Origin: Malacoraja senta
Lineage: Eukaryota
Reading direction: 5' to 3'
DNA length: 64,000 nt
Assembly: GCA_038087875.1 (NCBI GenBank)
Contig: CM075994.1
Span: 2,110,001-2,174,000 of the forward strand
Shown: positions 29,188 through 40,999 of the stretch, piece after piece
Position numbering within the stretch: the stretch's first letter is position 1
Layout: the number at the start of each line of letters is the position of its first letter
Position numbers and translations under genes: made by a program
The notes under the pieces: model-generated
Told to the model about the DNA's origin: nothing
The model's input: only the letters and a program-made list of their open reading frames with translations
Database searches by the model: none

Positions 29188-31199
29188 GTACCAGTGAAAC
29201 CTGTCTGGATTATTGGCTTTAATGTCTTTTGTTGCAGCCATTTTCCTCCACTGCTTCCAACCCTCCTTCCCACCTCCCCCCATTCTGTCCTTCCCCACCA
29301 CCTCACCACTTCCATTATCTCCTTGGTCCTGCCTATAAGTGACACAGTATTTTGACGTGAAATGCACATAATAATTTGGTAAAAATAAATCCTTTATTCC
29401 ATGATGACTGTGGTTGAATCACTGATAGGCAGTATAGATTTGAAAGGCAGTGGAGAAGTACTGAGATTGGGTCTGAGCAAAAAGCAATGTACTGGAGGAA
29501 CTCAGCGGACCAGTCAGCATCCATGGAGGGAAATCGATCAATATTGTGTTTTGCTCAAGATCTGCAGTCTCTTGTCTTGGGATTGAGGGACTGCCAGAAA
29601 CTCTCTGCAAAGGCTTTACTCATGATCAACCCATCCTGTCCAGTTATTAATGTAATCAACCTCCAATATTATTTCTGAACAAAATGTATCAAAATAGATA
29701 ATTTCACATTTCCAATGTGAAACTGCATTTGCCTTATCTCTGCCCATTCACTTAAACCATCCATATCCCTTGATTCAAAATGCCCGAGGTACTACGTGGT
29801 CTATCTTATAGAACAGGCTTATATAATCTATGACTTGCACCTCTAATACCCAAGAGCAAAACCATTAAGTTTGTTGCTGGTTAATATTCTGGTTTTCCTT
29901 AAGAAATTTAGTAAAATAATTATTATATTGTACCTTTGTTCATTCCAAAATGACTGCTTTAGAGTCGTGTTATCATACAAAAGTTGACACTGGGCCACTG
30001 TTTCTGCATTAATAGACAAAGCCAAGTATGTACCTCATTCTCCATAGGGCACTTGGATCTCCAGTCACTGAGCTGGGTGTCATGACTTCAATTTGACCAA
30101 AACATTGCTCCCCATGACTAATTCGCACCATGATCCCATCACCCAGTGGTTGCTGGCTGTCACGAGTTCCAGATTAGTCAGGAGATGCTAGGGTAGGTGA
30201 CCAAAACATTTAAACTATTCCTGTAAGGAGGAAAGTGTTTTGTGGGGGAGGGGAGAAAACTTCAGAACTTGTGGCCTGCAGGCAGAAGAGATGACTGACA
30301 ACAGTGGAGTAATGCAATTTGGCGATGAGCAAGTGTCCTCTAGTGCCCGTACCTGGAAGATTACAGATAGGCAGGATGGTGTAATGGAGGGATCCAAAGA
30401 CAGAGATGATCATATTTAAGATCATGGGATAGCAAGTGGTGACTAGTAACCACTGGGTGATGGGTTCTTGGTAGAAATTAGGACATTGGGACTTTAGAGA
30501 TACAGCGTACGAACAGGCATTTCGGCCCACCGAGTCCGTGCCGACCAGCGGTCACCCTGTACACTAGCACTATCCTACATACTAGGGACAAATTACTGAA
30601 GCCAATTAACCTACAAACCTGTACGTCTTTGGAGTGTGGGAGGAAATCGGAGTACTGGAGAAAACCCGCGCAGGTCACAAGGAGGACGTACAAACTCCGT
30701 ACAGAGAGCACTGTGGTCAGGATCAAACCCGGATCTCTGACACTAAGGTAGCAACTCTTCCGCTGCACCACTGTGCCGCCAGTATGGGGAGTAGCATTTT
30801 GGTCGAGCTCAAGTTTATGAAGGTGGAAGAAAAAATTCCACCTGGTGTTGCAATCAGATCCTAAAGTAAAAAAGGTCGTGGGTTAGGATTTTGGCAGCAG
30901 AATTTGAGGCAGGTCCAAATCTGGTTTGCTACAGAGATAAGTTAGGTCATCAAGTTACCAATATTTCAAGTTATAAAATTAAATGCATGTCTTTGTCTTT
31001 GACCACCACTAAAAATGTGAGATTTTTAAATACTGTGAATGTAGTCTTGTAGACAATTATTTTCAGTCGAGCAATTAAACCGAGTGCCACCTGTGGTGTG
31101 TGAGTTTAGAAACCATTGTATAGTTCTGATAGATTTTTTTCGGTTTCAACGGGTTTTTGATTTAATGTGTGCATATTCCTGATTTTTTTTTGCCCTCAG

Positions 31200-31300
31200 G
31201 CATGGTTGGCTGCGGATTGTCCCAGTCTAAGGATATTAACAGTGGAGTACGACACTCAGCTCAGTGACTGGAGATCCAAGTGTCCTGTGGAGAATGAGAG
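31200..31300 (+). CDS. SERAC1: SERAC1 exon 13, [34 protein letters not shown]
   Basis: cctcag/gtacat, 101 nt. Confidence 0.96.
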
Positions 31301-32029
31301 GTACATATGTGGCTTTGTCTATTAATGCAGAAATGATGAGAATCCATATCATGTTCTGATAATGTCTCCAAGGTACTGGCACCAGTAGCTGCCTTTCAAG
31401 TATGGTTATTGGCATTGATGCCAGCAAATGATTGAAGATCTGTCTTGGAGATAATGCTTGTGAAAGGAACTTGGGAGAGCTCCCTAATCTTCCTTGAATT
31501 ATGCATTTGCAGCCTCCTGAACTCAAAGTAAATCTTATTGAAATGTTGAAACAGTAGCTCTTCTGACAGTGCAGAACATCTGAATGGTTGGATTAAATTG
31601 ACCAAGTCTACAATCTTCTGCCCCGTTTCCTACCTACTTGGAGTCGAGGAGTTGCAACATCACGTTTCAGCTGAACAAGATGTTAGCAACATTTGTAGTA
31701 CTATATACAATTCTAGTTGCCCTACTATAGGAAGGATGTCATTAAATTGGAAAGGGTGTAAAACAATTTACGAGGATGTTACCAGTTCTGAAGAGTTGTA
31801 AGGATAGGTTGGGACTGTATTCCCTGAAGTGTAGGAATCCGAGGGGTGTTTAGTTTAGAGATACAGCGCAGAAACGGGGTCTTCGGCCCGCCGAGTCCAT
31901 GCCGACCAGCGTTTTTAAGCAATTCATTCAGTTGACATTTTATGTCAATGACCTTTCATCAGAATTTAAAATTTTAAACAATGCTGTAAATTTGAAAGCT
32001 AACTTGCCTTGCGTTTTGTTTTGATCCAG

Positions 32030-32127
32030 GAAATCCTTGGCCTACAGAGGCCGGGAGCTACTGACTAAACTGAAGGCTGCGGGTGTTGGGGATAGGCCGG
32101 TAGTATGGGTGGCACATAGTATGGGAG
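32030..32127 (+). CDS. SERAC1: SERAC1 exon 14, [32 protein letters not shown] (lipase nucleophile elbow HSMGG)
   Basis: atccag/gtaagg, 98 nt; serine-active-site motif. Confidence 0.97.
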
Positions 32128-33504
32128 GTAAGGACTTTATAACATCAACAGCTTTTTATCTCTTTCATCATTGCCAATCCATAGAGCCCCTTTTAATCAC
32201 AAAACCATGATGGATTAGTACAGGTGGAAGCTCATCCGGTGGACTCTTCGTTCCATTCCTCAACTCCATCTCCACAGCTCTAGTTTCTTACCCCTTCACC
32301 CACTCCCTTTTTTAAATATTAGTATTAAATCTGCTTTTGTCACCCTCTCACCACTATCATAGCGACTATGTTTTTTAAAATGTTCTCACTCATTGTGTTA
32401 TATAGAAAGTGGTCCTGAGCTTCTAGAAAGTGACCCTGAGCTACTATCTACATCACTAAAGACCCTCGGACTATCTTTAATCAGACTTTACTGGACTTTT
32501 ATCTTGCATTAAACATTATTCCCTTCATTGTGTACCTCTACACTGTGGATGGCTTGGTTGTAATCATGTATAGTCTTTTCACTGACTGGTTAGCATGCAA
32601 CAAAAAGCTTTTCACTACCTCGCTACACGTGACAATAAACTAAACTAAGATATTCAATGAAACACCAGTAAAGGGAGGTACCCATTTGATAACCCCAATG
32701 ATATATTGGCATCTACACGCCTAGCTTTTGTTGTCCCACAGTTTAACTGTGTTAAGGCATTTTAGATTCTCAGGGATTGGGTTTCTTGGTTAAACATTTA
32801 GCTTGTGTGTGTTTGTTAACATGTAGATAGCTTATTACTGAATATGAAGTTAGTTATTGTCCTATAGCATCAATGTGCATAGGTAGTTTAGATACTACTT
32901 TGGCAATGAACTTGGTTCTCTTGTGTGGGAATTGTGGGAGGAACTGAGCTGTGCTCCATTTTGTCTTTCTACATGGGCAACACTTCATTCTGTGGGAATG
33001 GAACTTTACTCTAGTGAACATACCCTTCAGAGCTAGGCTAAACGTGCCTGGTGCCAGCGGCCCATAGAATCTAAAACTAGTTTGTTAAACACAATGAAGA
33101 GCTTGTGAACTCAAGGTTACTCCTAGACACCCTAATCATCCCACATAGATAGAGAAGCCTAGTTTTTCAGAAAGTTACTGAATGTTGGATTAGAATAATT
33201 AACCTTGTAAACAGATGTACATGACTAACCTTGCTTTTATGCTATCAAAAATGATATAAAGACACTGCATGCTTTGAATCTGTGGAACAGTCTTTTGCTC
33301 ATCTGTTCTCCTTGACTGACACGTTTTTGTTAACAAAGAAGTTAACATTTCGCACAAATTATTCCGACACTTGGTTGAGTGCTTATTCTGGTGTTATAGC
33401 ACAAATGCTTTGTTTTAATAGTAATTCAGCATGTATGAGTGTTACTAGCAAACTCCATTTCTGTTGTCCCTGCATTTAACTTTTGCAATCCTTTTCAATT
33501 GCAG

Positions 33505-33687
33505 GCTTGCTGGTCAAAAAGATACTTTTAGATGCTTCGGAGGATCCTGAAATGAAGTCAGTGGTTCAGAATACCCAAGGGATTGTATTTTACAGTGTAC
33601 CTCACTGTGGATCTCACCTGGCTGAGTACTCTGTGAATGCTCGTTTCCTACTATTCCCTTCTGTTGAAGTCATGGAGTTGAGTAAAG
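33505..33687 (+). CDS. SERAC1: SERAC1 exon 15, [61 protein letters not shown]
   Basis: ttgcag/gtgaga, 183 nt. Confidence 0.97.
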
Positions 33688-33754
33688 GTGAGACTGCCTT
33701 GTCTCAACAAATTCTGGTTTTGTTCTGTCGGTCACTATGCACATCATTTGACGT

Positions 33755-34230
33755 TTGAATTTTGGGCCCCATATCTGAGGGGGGGGGTTGTGCTGGCGTT
33801 GGAGAGGGTCCAGAGGTGGTTTATGAGAATGATCCCAGGGATGATTGGGTTAACGTATGATGAGCGTTTGACGGCACTGTGCCTGTACTTGCTGGAGTTT
33901 TGAAAGATATGGGGGGACCTCATTGAAGCTTACCAAATATTAAAAGGCCTGGATAGAGTGGATGTGGAGAGGATGTTTCTACTAGTGGGAGAGTGTAGGA
34001 CCAGAGGACACAGCCTCAGAATAAAAGGACGAACCTTCAGAAAGGAGATGAGGAGGAATTTCTTTAGTCCGAGGGGGGCTGAATCTGTGGAACTCATTGC
34101 CACAAATGGCAATTGTCACATAGAAAACTGAGTTGCAGGGATGTGGATCATAGGCAGGCAGAAGGGATTTTATTTTAGCGTAATGTTCGGCAGACATTGT
34201 GGGCCGAAGGATTTGTTACTGTGCTGTACT
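33755..34230 (+). mobile_element. CR1 LINE 3' fragment (others at about 25700-26020, 28190-28350, 31715-31850, 58980-59410, 61088-61400)
   Basis: FWAPYL...LERVQR..MIPGM.GLTYDERL; RTRGHSLRIKG. Confidence 0.75.
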
Positions 34231-35304
34231 GTTCTATGTTCTATGATGGGTTTATTGAAAAGTAGGAGTAAACCTGAGCTGAGAAAGAGCCTAAGGTGCT
34301 TGAGAAAATCCAATGTGAGCCATCTGCTGTCCTAAGTGCTATCCCTGCAGTGATCCCACCATTGAATACTGGAAGGAAAAATGAAAGGATGGAATCAACA
34401 GCTTGAGAAATTGTGAGTTCAGATATGAGCAAGACAAGGTGGTGAAATTCAGTGGGAGAATGTAGATAAGGCATGTTGGTCAGCATGGGCAGGTTGGCCT
34501 CAAGGGCCTGTTTCCACACTGTATGACACTGACTAGAGAATATGGAGGAAATAATAGGGAGAATTGGAAAAAAGGTGCTGACCAGAATCATTTTTTTTTT
34601 AAATTTTTTGATCTTTTTAAAGTTAGTAATTTTAGTGCTACAACACTTTTTGGTAAAGTCACATCTGTTTGCAGCATTATTACTTAAATCTAATTCAGTT
34701 AATGATCTTCAGTCTTTCAATTACAAAGTACGTGCTATAACACCAGAATAAGCGCTCAATCAAGAAAACGAAGCGCAAAGCCAAAGTACTATCTAAGCTG
34801 ATTATGCAAACTTATGCTAAGGACAATAATTAACAAGCACATTAAAATAAAACTGATTGTGTAGATGCAAGTATATCATTGGGGTTATCAAGTGGTGTTC
34901 ACAGGTGTATCGTTGAGTTGGGCCCACGACACCTCGGGAAGGTTCAACAGTTAGTTCTGGCTTCCCAGAACGACGCCCCTCAATACCTGGTCTCATCACC
35001 TATGCTACCAGTTTCTACTAATTAAAATAAACTATAGACGATTAATTTACTCTTGACAAATGCTAAACAGTTCCACTTATTCTAACCCATCATTCAACTC
35101 GTAGCACCAGAAATATCACATATCAGTGATGTCAGTCTTTCATATATGGGATGTCCAAAGAATGCTGAAAATTCACTTTTGCAGGATTTCCTTTTATAAT
35201 GTATTGAATTGGAATAATAAGCTAATTAGATTTGTCCACTAAAATCAAGAACTGGTAGAGATTAATTGTCAGTGGTTAATTTAACTTTCAATATTCTCTT
35301 GTAG

Positions 35305-35448
35305 ATTCGCCGTCTTTGACAGAACTGAATGATAATTTCACCAAGTTGATAAAGGAACAAGAAGTTAACGTTCTGAGCTTTGGAGAAAAGCTACCAACAA
35401 ACATTGGCAGTATGATCAAACTACACGTGGTACCTCTCAATTCAGCAG
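35305..35448 (+). CDS. SERAC1: SERAC1 exon 16, DSPSLTELNDNF...LPTNIGSMIKLHVVPLNSA; non-canonical GC donor
   Basis: ttgtag acceptor; 144 nt; homology and frame require the junction after TCAGCAG, which is followed by GCAGGA. Confidence 0.9.
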
Positions 35449-35449
35449 G

Positions 35450-35786
35450 CAGGACTCTCACTTAACTTTTTTTCTCTGTTTCTAGCCGGGCAGCTTTTTA
35501 AGTTGCCAAATGACAGTTTAGGTGGTCATTTAAGACGGCTTGCATGACGCGTGCGATAATGTGCTCCAGTCGGAATTATGCTCAATGAAGCATTTACATA
35601 TTATTTCTGCTTCAAATAAAGTCACAAACTAAACATATTCACCAATCAAGACATGATAAATACCACAATGACATGCTGTAAAATTATAATACAGTATCTC
35701 AACTCTTTTTACATGTTGCAATGAATGCAATTTCTATTATTTCCACTTCCCAACAAAAATGTGGTTGGATTATTCAGCGTATGGTC
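35450..35786. mobile_element. third (left-end only) copy of the CAGGGCTC DNA transposon, starting at intron-16 position +2
   Basis: CAGGACTCTCACTTAAC...GTTGCCAAATGACAGTTTAGGTGGTC aligns to 2000 and 22864. Confidence 0.88.
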
Positions 35787-36230
35787 AACCTCGGTGAGAC
35801 CAAGCGCAGGCTTGGCGATCGCTTCGCACAAAACCTCCACTCATCGCAATAACCAACCTGATCTCCCGGTGGATCAGCACTTCAACTCCCCCTCCCATTC
35901 CGAATCCAACCTTTCTGTCCTGGGCCTCCTCCATGGCCAGAGTGAGGCCCATCGCAAATTGGAGGAACTGCACCTCATATTTAGCTTGGGTAGTTTACAC
36001 CCCAGCGGTATGAACATTGGCTTCTCCAATTTCAGGTAGTCCTTGCTTTCTCCCTTCTTCCCCTCCCATTCCTAGCTCTCCCACAGCCTACTGTCTCAGC
36101 CTCTTTCTTTCTTTTTCCGCCCCCACCCCGGACATCAGTCTGAAGAAGGGTCTCGACCCGAAATGTCTCCTATTCCTTCGCTTAATAGATGTTGCCTCAG
36201 ATTTTCACCAGCTTTTTTGTCCTCCACCCA
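35787..36230 (+). mobile_element. Penelope-like element 3' fragment (GIY-YIG tail plus hammerhead-like motif); others at about 37697-37970 and an RT fragment at about 40060-40400
   Basis: GETKRRLGDRFA, PVDQHFNSPSHS, KLEELHLIFSLGSLHPSGMN; homologous to 46545-47375. Confidence 0.75.
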
Positions 36231-38581
36231 TTCACACAACTTCTGTTATCCCACTTTCCTCACCCGCTCCCTACAGATTAGGGGCAATTTTACAAAGACA
36301 AGTTAACCTACAAAGCCAATGCATCTTTGGGATGTGGAAGGAAACCCGCACGCTGCAGGGAGAATGTGCAAATTCAACACAGACAGTGCCTGAGGACAGG
36401 ATCGAACACAGATCTCTGGCGTGTGAGGCAGCAAGTCTACCAGTTGTGCCATTATATTTTGTTTTCCAACACACAAAAAATTATACATTGATAACTTTGG
36501 TTACTAAAAAAAAGAAACTATTCATTTTCAGTCTTAAATCTCTAAGTGACGCTATGTCCCCCTTTACAGCTACTATATGTTTTAATTCAGTTCAAGACTA
36601 TGGGGCAGTACATTGGCCATAAAGTTGCTGCCTAAAAGTCCCAGAGACCCGGAATTGATCCTGAATATGGGTGCTGTCTGTATAGTTTGCTCCTTTTCCC
36701 TTTGATCGCATGGGTTTTCTCCGGGTGCTCTTGTTTCCTTCCACATTCCAAATTTTTCAGACCCAAGCCAAAACGTAATATTTTCCCCTTGTCCAGAGAT
36801 TCTCTGACCTGTTGAGTTATTCCAGCTTTTTGTGTCTTATCTTCAGTTTAAACTAGCATCTGCAGTTCCTTTCTACAGACGCAATACTATACGATAGAAC
36901 TTTATTAATCCCAGGAGGGAAATTGTGTGTGTGTGCATATTATACACACACACACATATATATATTTATAGTTATATATTCATATATAAATATACACTGT
37001 TGTTTTCTCGTTTATAACATTGTTTACAGAGTAGTATGTTTACATATTCTGTTGTGCTGCTGCAAGTAAGGATTTCATTGTTCTAACTGGGACGTGAGAG
37101 AATAAAACACTCTTGACTCACGTCACTAATGTGTGGGATAGAACTAGTGTACGGGTGATCGGTGCTGGGGCGTGGACTCGATGGGCCGAAGGGCCTGTTT
37201 CCACGCTGTATCTTTAAATTAAACTAAAAACACTAAAACCAGAGGGAGTCTAAAGAAGGGTCTCTACCCGAAACGTCACCCAATTTCTTCTATCCAGGGA
37301 TGCTGGCTGCTCCATGGAGTTCCCTCGCACAATTAAAGCATGGAATAGTCTTCACCCTACCATAGTTACCCAACCAGATGCAACTAAATTTAAGGTAGCT
37401 CTTTTTTCCCCAAGAACCCTTTTTTGCTTAAGTTCAAGTCAAGAGTCAAAAGAGTTTTATTGTCATGTGTCCCAGATAGGACAATGAAATTCTTGTTTGC
37501 TGCAGCACAACAGAATATGTAAACATAATACAGAACAGGAGATAAAAGTTCAGTGTGTGTATATACCATAGACCATATATATACACAATAAATAAACAGA
37601 TAAAGTGCAATAGGCTGTTATTGTTCAGAGTTTGGAGTTTGGTGGTGGACCCTCCAACACCTCCTGTTTAAATTCCATTTGGAATATTTTTGGAGAACCA
37701 GGAAACCAAGAAGCAACCTGACCTCCCGGTGGCTCAGCACTTCAACTTCCCCTCCCATTCCGTATCCGACCTCTCTGTCATGTGCCTCCTCCATGGCCAG
37801 AGTGAGCACCACCGGAAATTGGAGGAACAGCACCTCATATTCCGCTTGGGGAGTCTGCATCCTGGTGGCATGAACATTGAATTCTCTCAATTCTGTTAGC
37901 CCTTGCTGTCTCCTCCCCTTCCCAGCTCTCCCTCAGCTCTCGGGCTCCTCCTCCTTTTTCCTTTCTTCTTAGAACGAAATGGGGATATGAAAACTTTGGA
38001 TTAAAACAAAATATATTTATTTGAGGTGAATTGTGTTCAACTAAGTGGATCAAGTGCGTGGGAATAATAGTACATTTGGGGAGACATGAGAATCAAAAAC
38101 AGCATGCATTGATTTATTTTGTCATTTCAAAGTTGACAAGTGTTTTATTGATGTTGTACACAGGGGTTCAGTGAATTGGACTTGTAGAGGCCATGATTGT
38201 TGGAAGCTGCTTGAAAAAACCCCGGCCGGGAACAGATGACCTCAGGAAGAGTGGAGGATTTCACTAATTTCAAGAATCTAAGCATTTCTCCCCCCCCCCC
38301 CTCCCCTTCCCACCTACTAGTTCCACTGTTCTCATCCTTGTTTCCCTGTCGTTAGCACATCTTCCCCAGCCAACAATGGGCCATCATGAACTCCACCCTT
38401 CATGAGGTCATCTGTTGCTTGTCCTGCTTTGTTCTGACCTTCTGTATATTTCAGTTTGAAGAAGGGTTCCAACCCAAAACGTCACATATTTCTTTTCTCC
38501 AGAGATGCTGCCTGCTCTGCTGAGACTCCAGCATTTTGTGTCCATGATGTGTTTTTAAACATGTTTATTCATTACCAAGGT

Positions 38582-39251
38582 TGTGAATGCCTGGATCTAA
38601 TCTTACCTCAAGTCTGGTTCAGTAAAAGAAACTGAGTGGAACACTGAAGTCCAAACCCATCTTTATTTGTATACACACTGCAGGGAAGGTCTCGAAACCA
38701 CTCATGCGAGCCCACATTAGCCTCGTGCAAACAGAACAGACGCACCCAAACAAATTACACACACTTTTATACCCCTAAACGAAGGCGGGGACACTAAGTA
38801 CGATGGGGAGGCCCCCCCTAAATGCCAATCACTACTTAAAGATAAGAAAACACATTAAGAAGCACTTACTCTGTTAAATTACAAACAATGTATACAAAAA
38901 CCTTTTAGCAGCTAGATACTAAGTGTAAACAGATAATCCGCTATCCACAGGCTTAGGTTCAGCATCTGTTCAACAGAACCTAGACCTAATGGCATCAGAG
39001 AAGCCACAAGAACAGAAACCACCTGGAGTCTTGCAGAAACCTAGACGTAATGGCACCAAGGTGTCACAAAAGCAGAAGCTACTTGAAGTTATTCCGGAAA
39101 TCCAGACTCGATGGTACCAACTAGGTGGACATGGACCTCTTGCACCTTGTGTTTTGTCACCTCCGCCAGCTCGACCTTACTCACAGGCACTGTCAGCTAT
39201 TTTGCAAAGCACCATCCATCAACCATTTCCCAAAGTATCCATATTCTTACA
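38582..39251 (-). mobile_element. solo-LTR-like insertion (TG...CA) with 10-12 bp TSD
   Basis: flanks CATTACCAAGGT (38570-38581) and CATTATCAAGGT (39252-39263); minus-strand TATAAAAG 38764-38771 and AATAAA 38662-38667. Confidence 0.65.
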
Positions 39252-39326
39252 CATTATCAAGGTTATTTGTAGCTACTCTGTAATGCGTATAACTTTAACA
39301 CTTAATTTTTTTTAATTCTTTTTCAG

Positions 39327-39463
39327 ATTTGGGGATCGGGGATTTTATTCCACTGGACGTTAATCATCTGGATATTTGCAAACCCAGAAACAGAGACTCC
39401 TTCATATATCAGCACAGTTTGAAATTTATAAAAGATGCTCTGGCACAAGAACTCAAAAGTTGA
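39327..39463 (+). CDS. SERAC1: SERAC1 last exon, [49 protein letters not shown]
   Basis: tttcag acceptor, TGA at 39461-39463; DLGIGD..P.DVNHL.ICKP motif. Confidence 0.97.
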
Positions 39464-39620
39464 ATCACTTCCTTATTCGGACCACTCCAAAGTGCCAAAG
39501 TTTTGACATGTAAATGGATCCTACCTTCCATGGTGCATTCTAGTATAATTTCTTCCTTTAAACAAAGCTTTGAAAATATCAAGAATGATAACATTCAAGG
39601 ATTAATTTAATATTGTATAT

Positions 39621-39626
39621 AATAAA
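39621..39626 (+). terminator. candidate SERAC1 polyadenylation signal AATAAA (second candidate at 40033-40038)
   Basis: AATAAA 158 nt after the stop codon, followed by GT-rich sequence. Confidence 0.45.
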
Positions 39627-40999
39627 TGACTATGTATTCTGTGGGTTTACTCATGTCAGGCTAACAACTTTCAAATAGGTATTTTGTTTGAAGTTTAAAA
39701 TAATAGATAACCATGTATAAAAATGTCGCTTCAAAATTGCAATAAGCAAAACATTTATTTATTATTGACTGGAACTATTGGATTAATTTAACTTTGCGCT
39801 GTGACTTGCCTATTTTGTAATGTTAAAATTTTAATTTACTTAATTTACATTACATCGCATCGTTTTCTCCTAGAGCTGTCTTTGTTGTACCTAATTTGGT
39901 ATAAACTATTTGGCAGACAGTATAAGATACCTGTTTATAAAAAATATTTAACTAGGTATGTCAAGGTAAAAAATATTTAACTAGGGTTGTAGTTAACCTT
40001 CCAACACTTAGAATTGTTTTTTTCCCGATGGTAATAAACTAATGTACCTGTTCATTGATATTAGTCCAACACTCTTTGATGCAAAGGTGTAGCCATAGGC
40101 ACTTACTTGAGCCCCAGCTATGCCTGTCTTTTTGTTGGTTGCATCAAACAGTCCTTGTTCCAAAGATATCATGGCCTAATTCCCCAACTCTTTCTCTGCT
40201 ACATCAATGACTGCATCGGGCCTGCTTCCTGTGCAGAACTGATCAACTTTACTCCTAACTTCCATCATACCCTCACATTTACTTGGATTACCTCAGACAC
40301 ATCTTTTCCCTTTCTCTATCTCTCTGTCTCCATCACAAGAGACAGACAATGGACTGATGTCTACTACAAACCCACTGACTCCCAGTTATCCTGACTACAT
40401 CTGTAGAGAACATGTTGACTGATTGCATCATGGCCTGGTTTGGCAACTTGCCCACTGCCCTTTACCTCACCTGAGTGGATCACAATCGAGACGGGTGTGG
40501 GCCACATTATACGACCGCCCTCCCAGATGGTGACAGGCACTGCTGCTCGAAGCTGGCCACCCCCATTGGACCAGGCACCTGCCATTCTGACAAATCAATG
40601 TTCCTCCAACTGATTTGTGTTTCGCAGATTCCAGCAGTTCAGTCTGTCTTGGGATTGTGGAACTGCCTGGATCTCTCTGTAAAGACTCCTCATATGATCA
40701 ACCCATCCATTCCAGCTCTTAATCTAATCAACCTACCGAAATAGTTTCCAATGCCTATACATCCTTCCTTAAATTAGGTATTCAATAGGAGACACATTAC
40801 TCTGGAAGTTGACACTGGCCCACGTCAAGAGATGCTAGGACTATTCAAAGGTTTCAAATATCTGTTTATTGTCACATGTACCAATTAAGGTACAGCGGAT
40901 TCTTCATTGTGATGGGAGGCAATAAAGTCTTATAAAGTTCAAGTTCTTTCACAATAAACAATATTCTGTTAACTTTCTAAATTACCTACTGCACCCCAT

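Noticed and set aside
35425..35436. Alternative GT donors inside exon 16 (CAC|GTGGTA, GTG|GTACCT)
   Set aside because: Wrong phase for the last exon, and they would delete conserved VPLNSA residues.
38989..39315. 108-aa ORF MASEKPQEQK... before the last SERAC1 exon
   Set aside because: Lies within the LTR-like insert and runs across its boundary; no recognisable homology.
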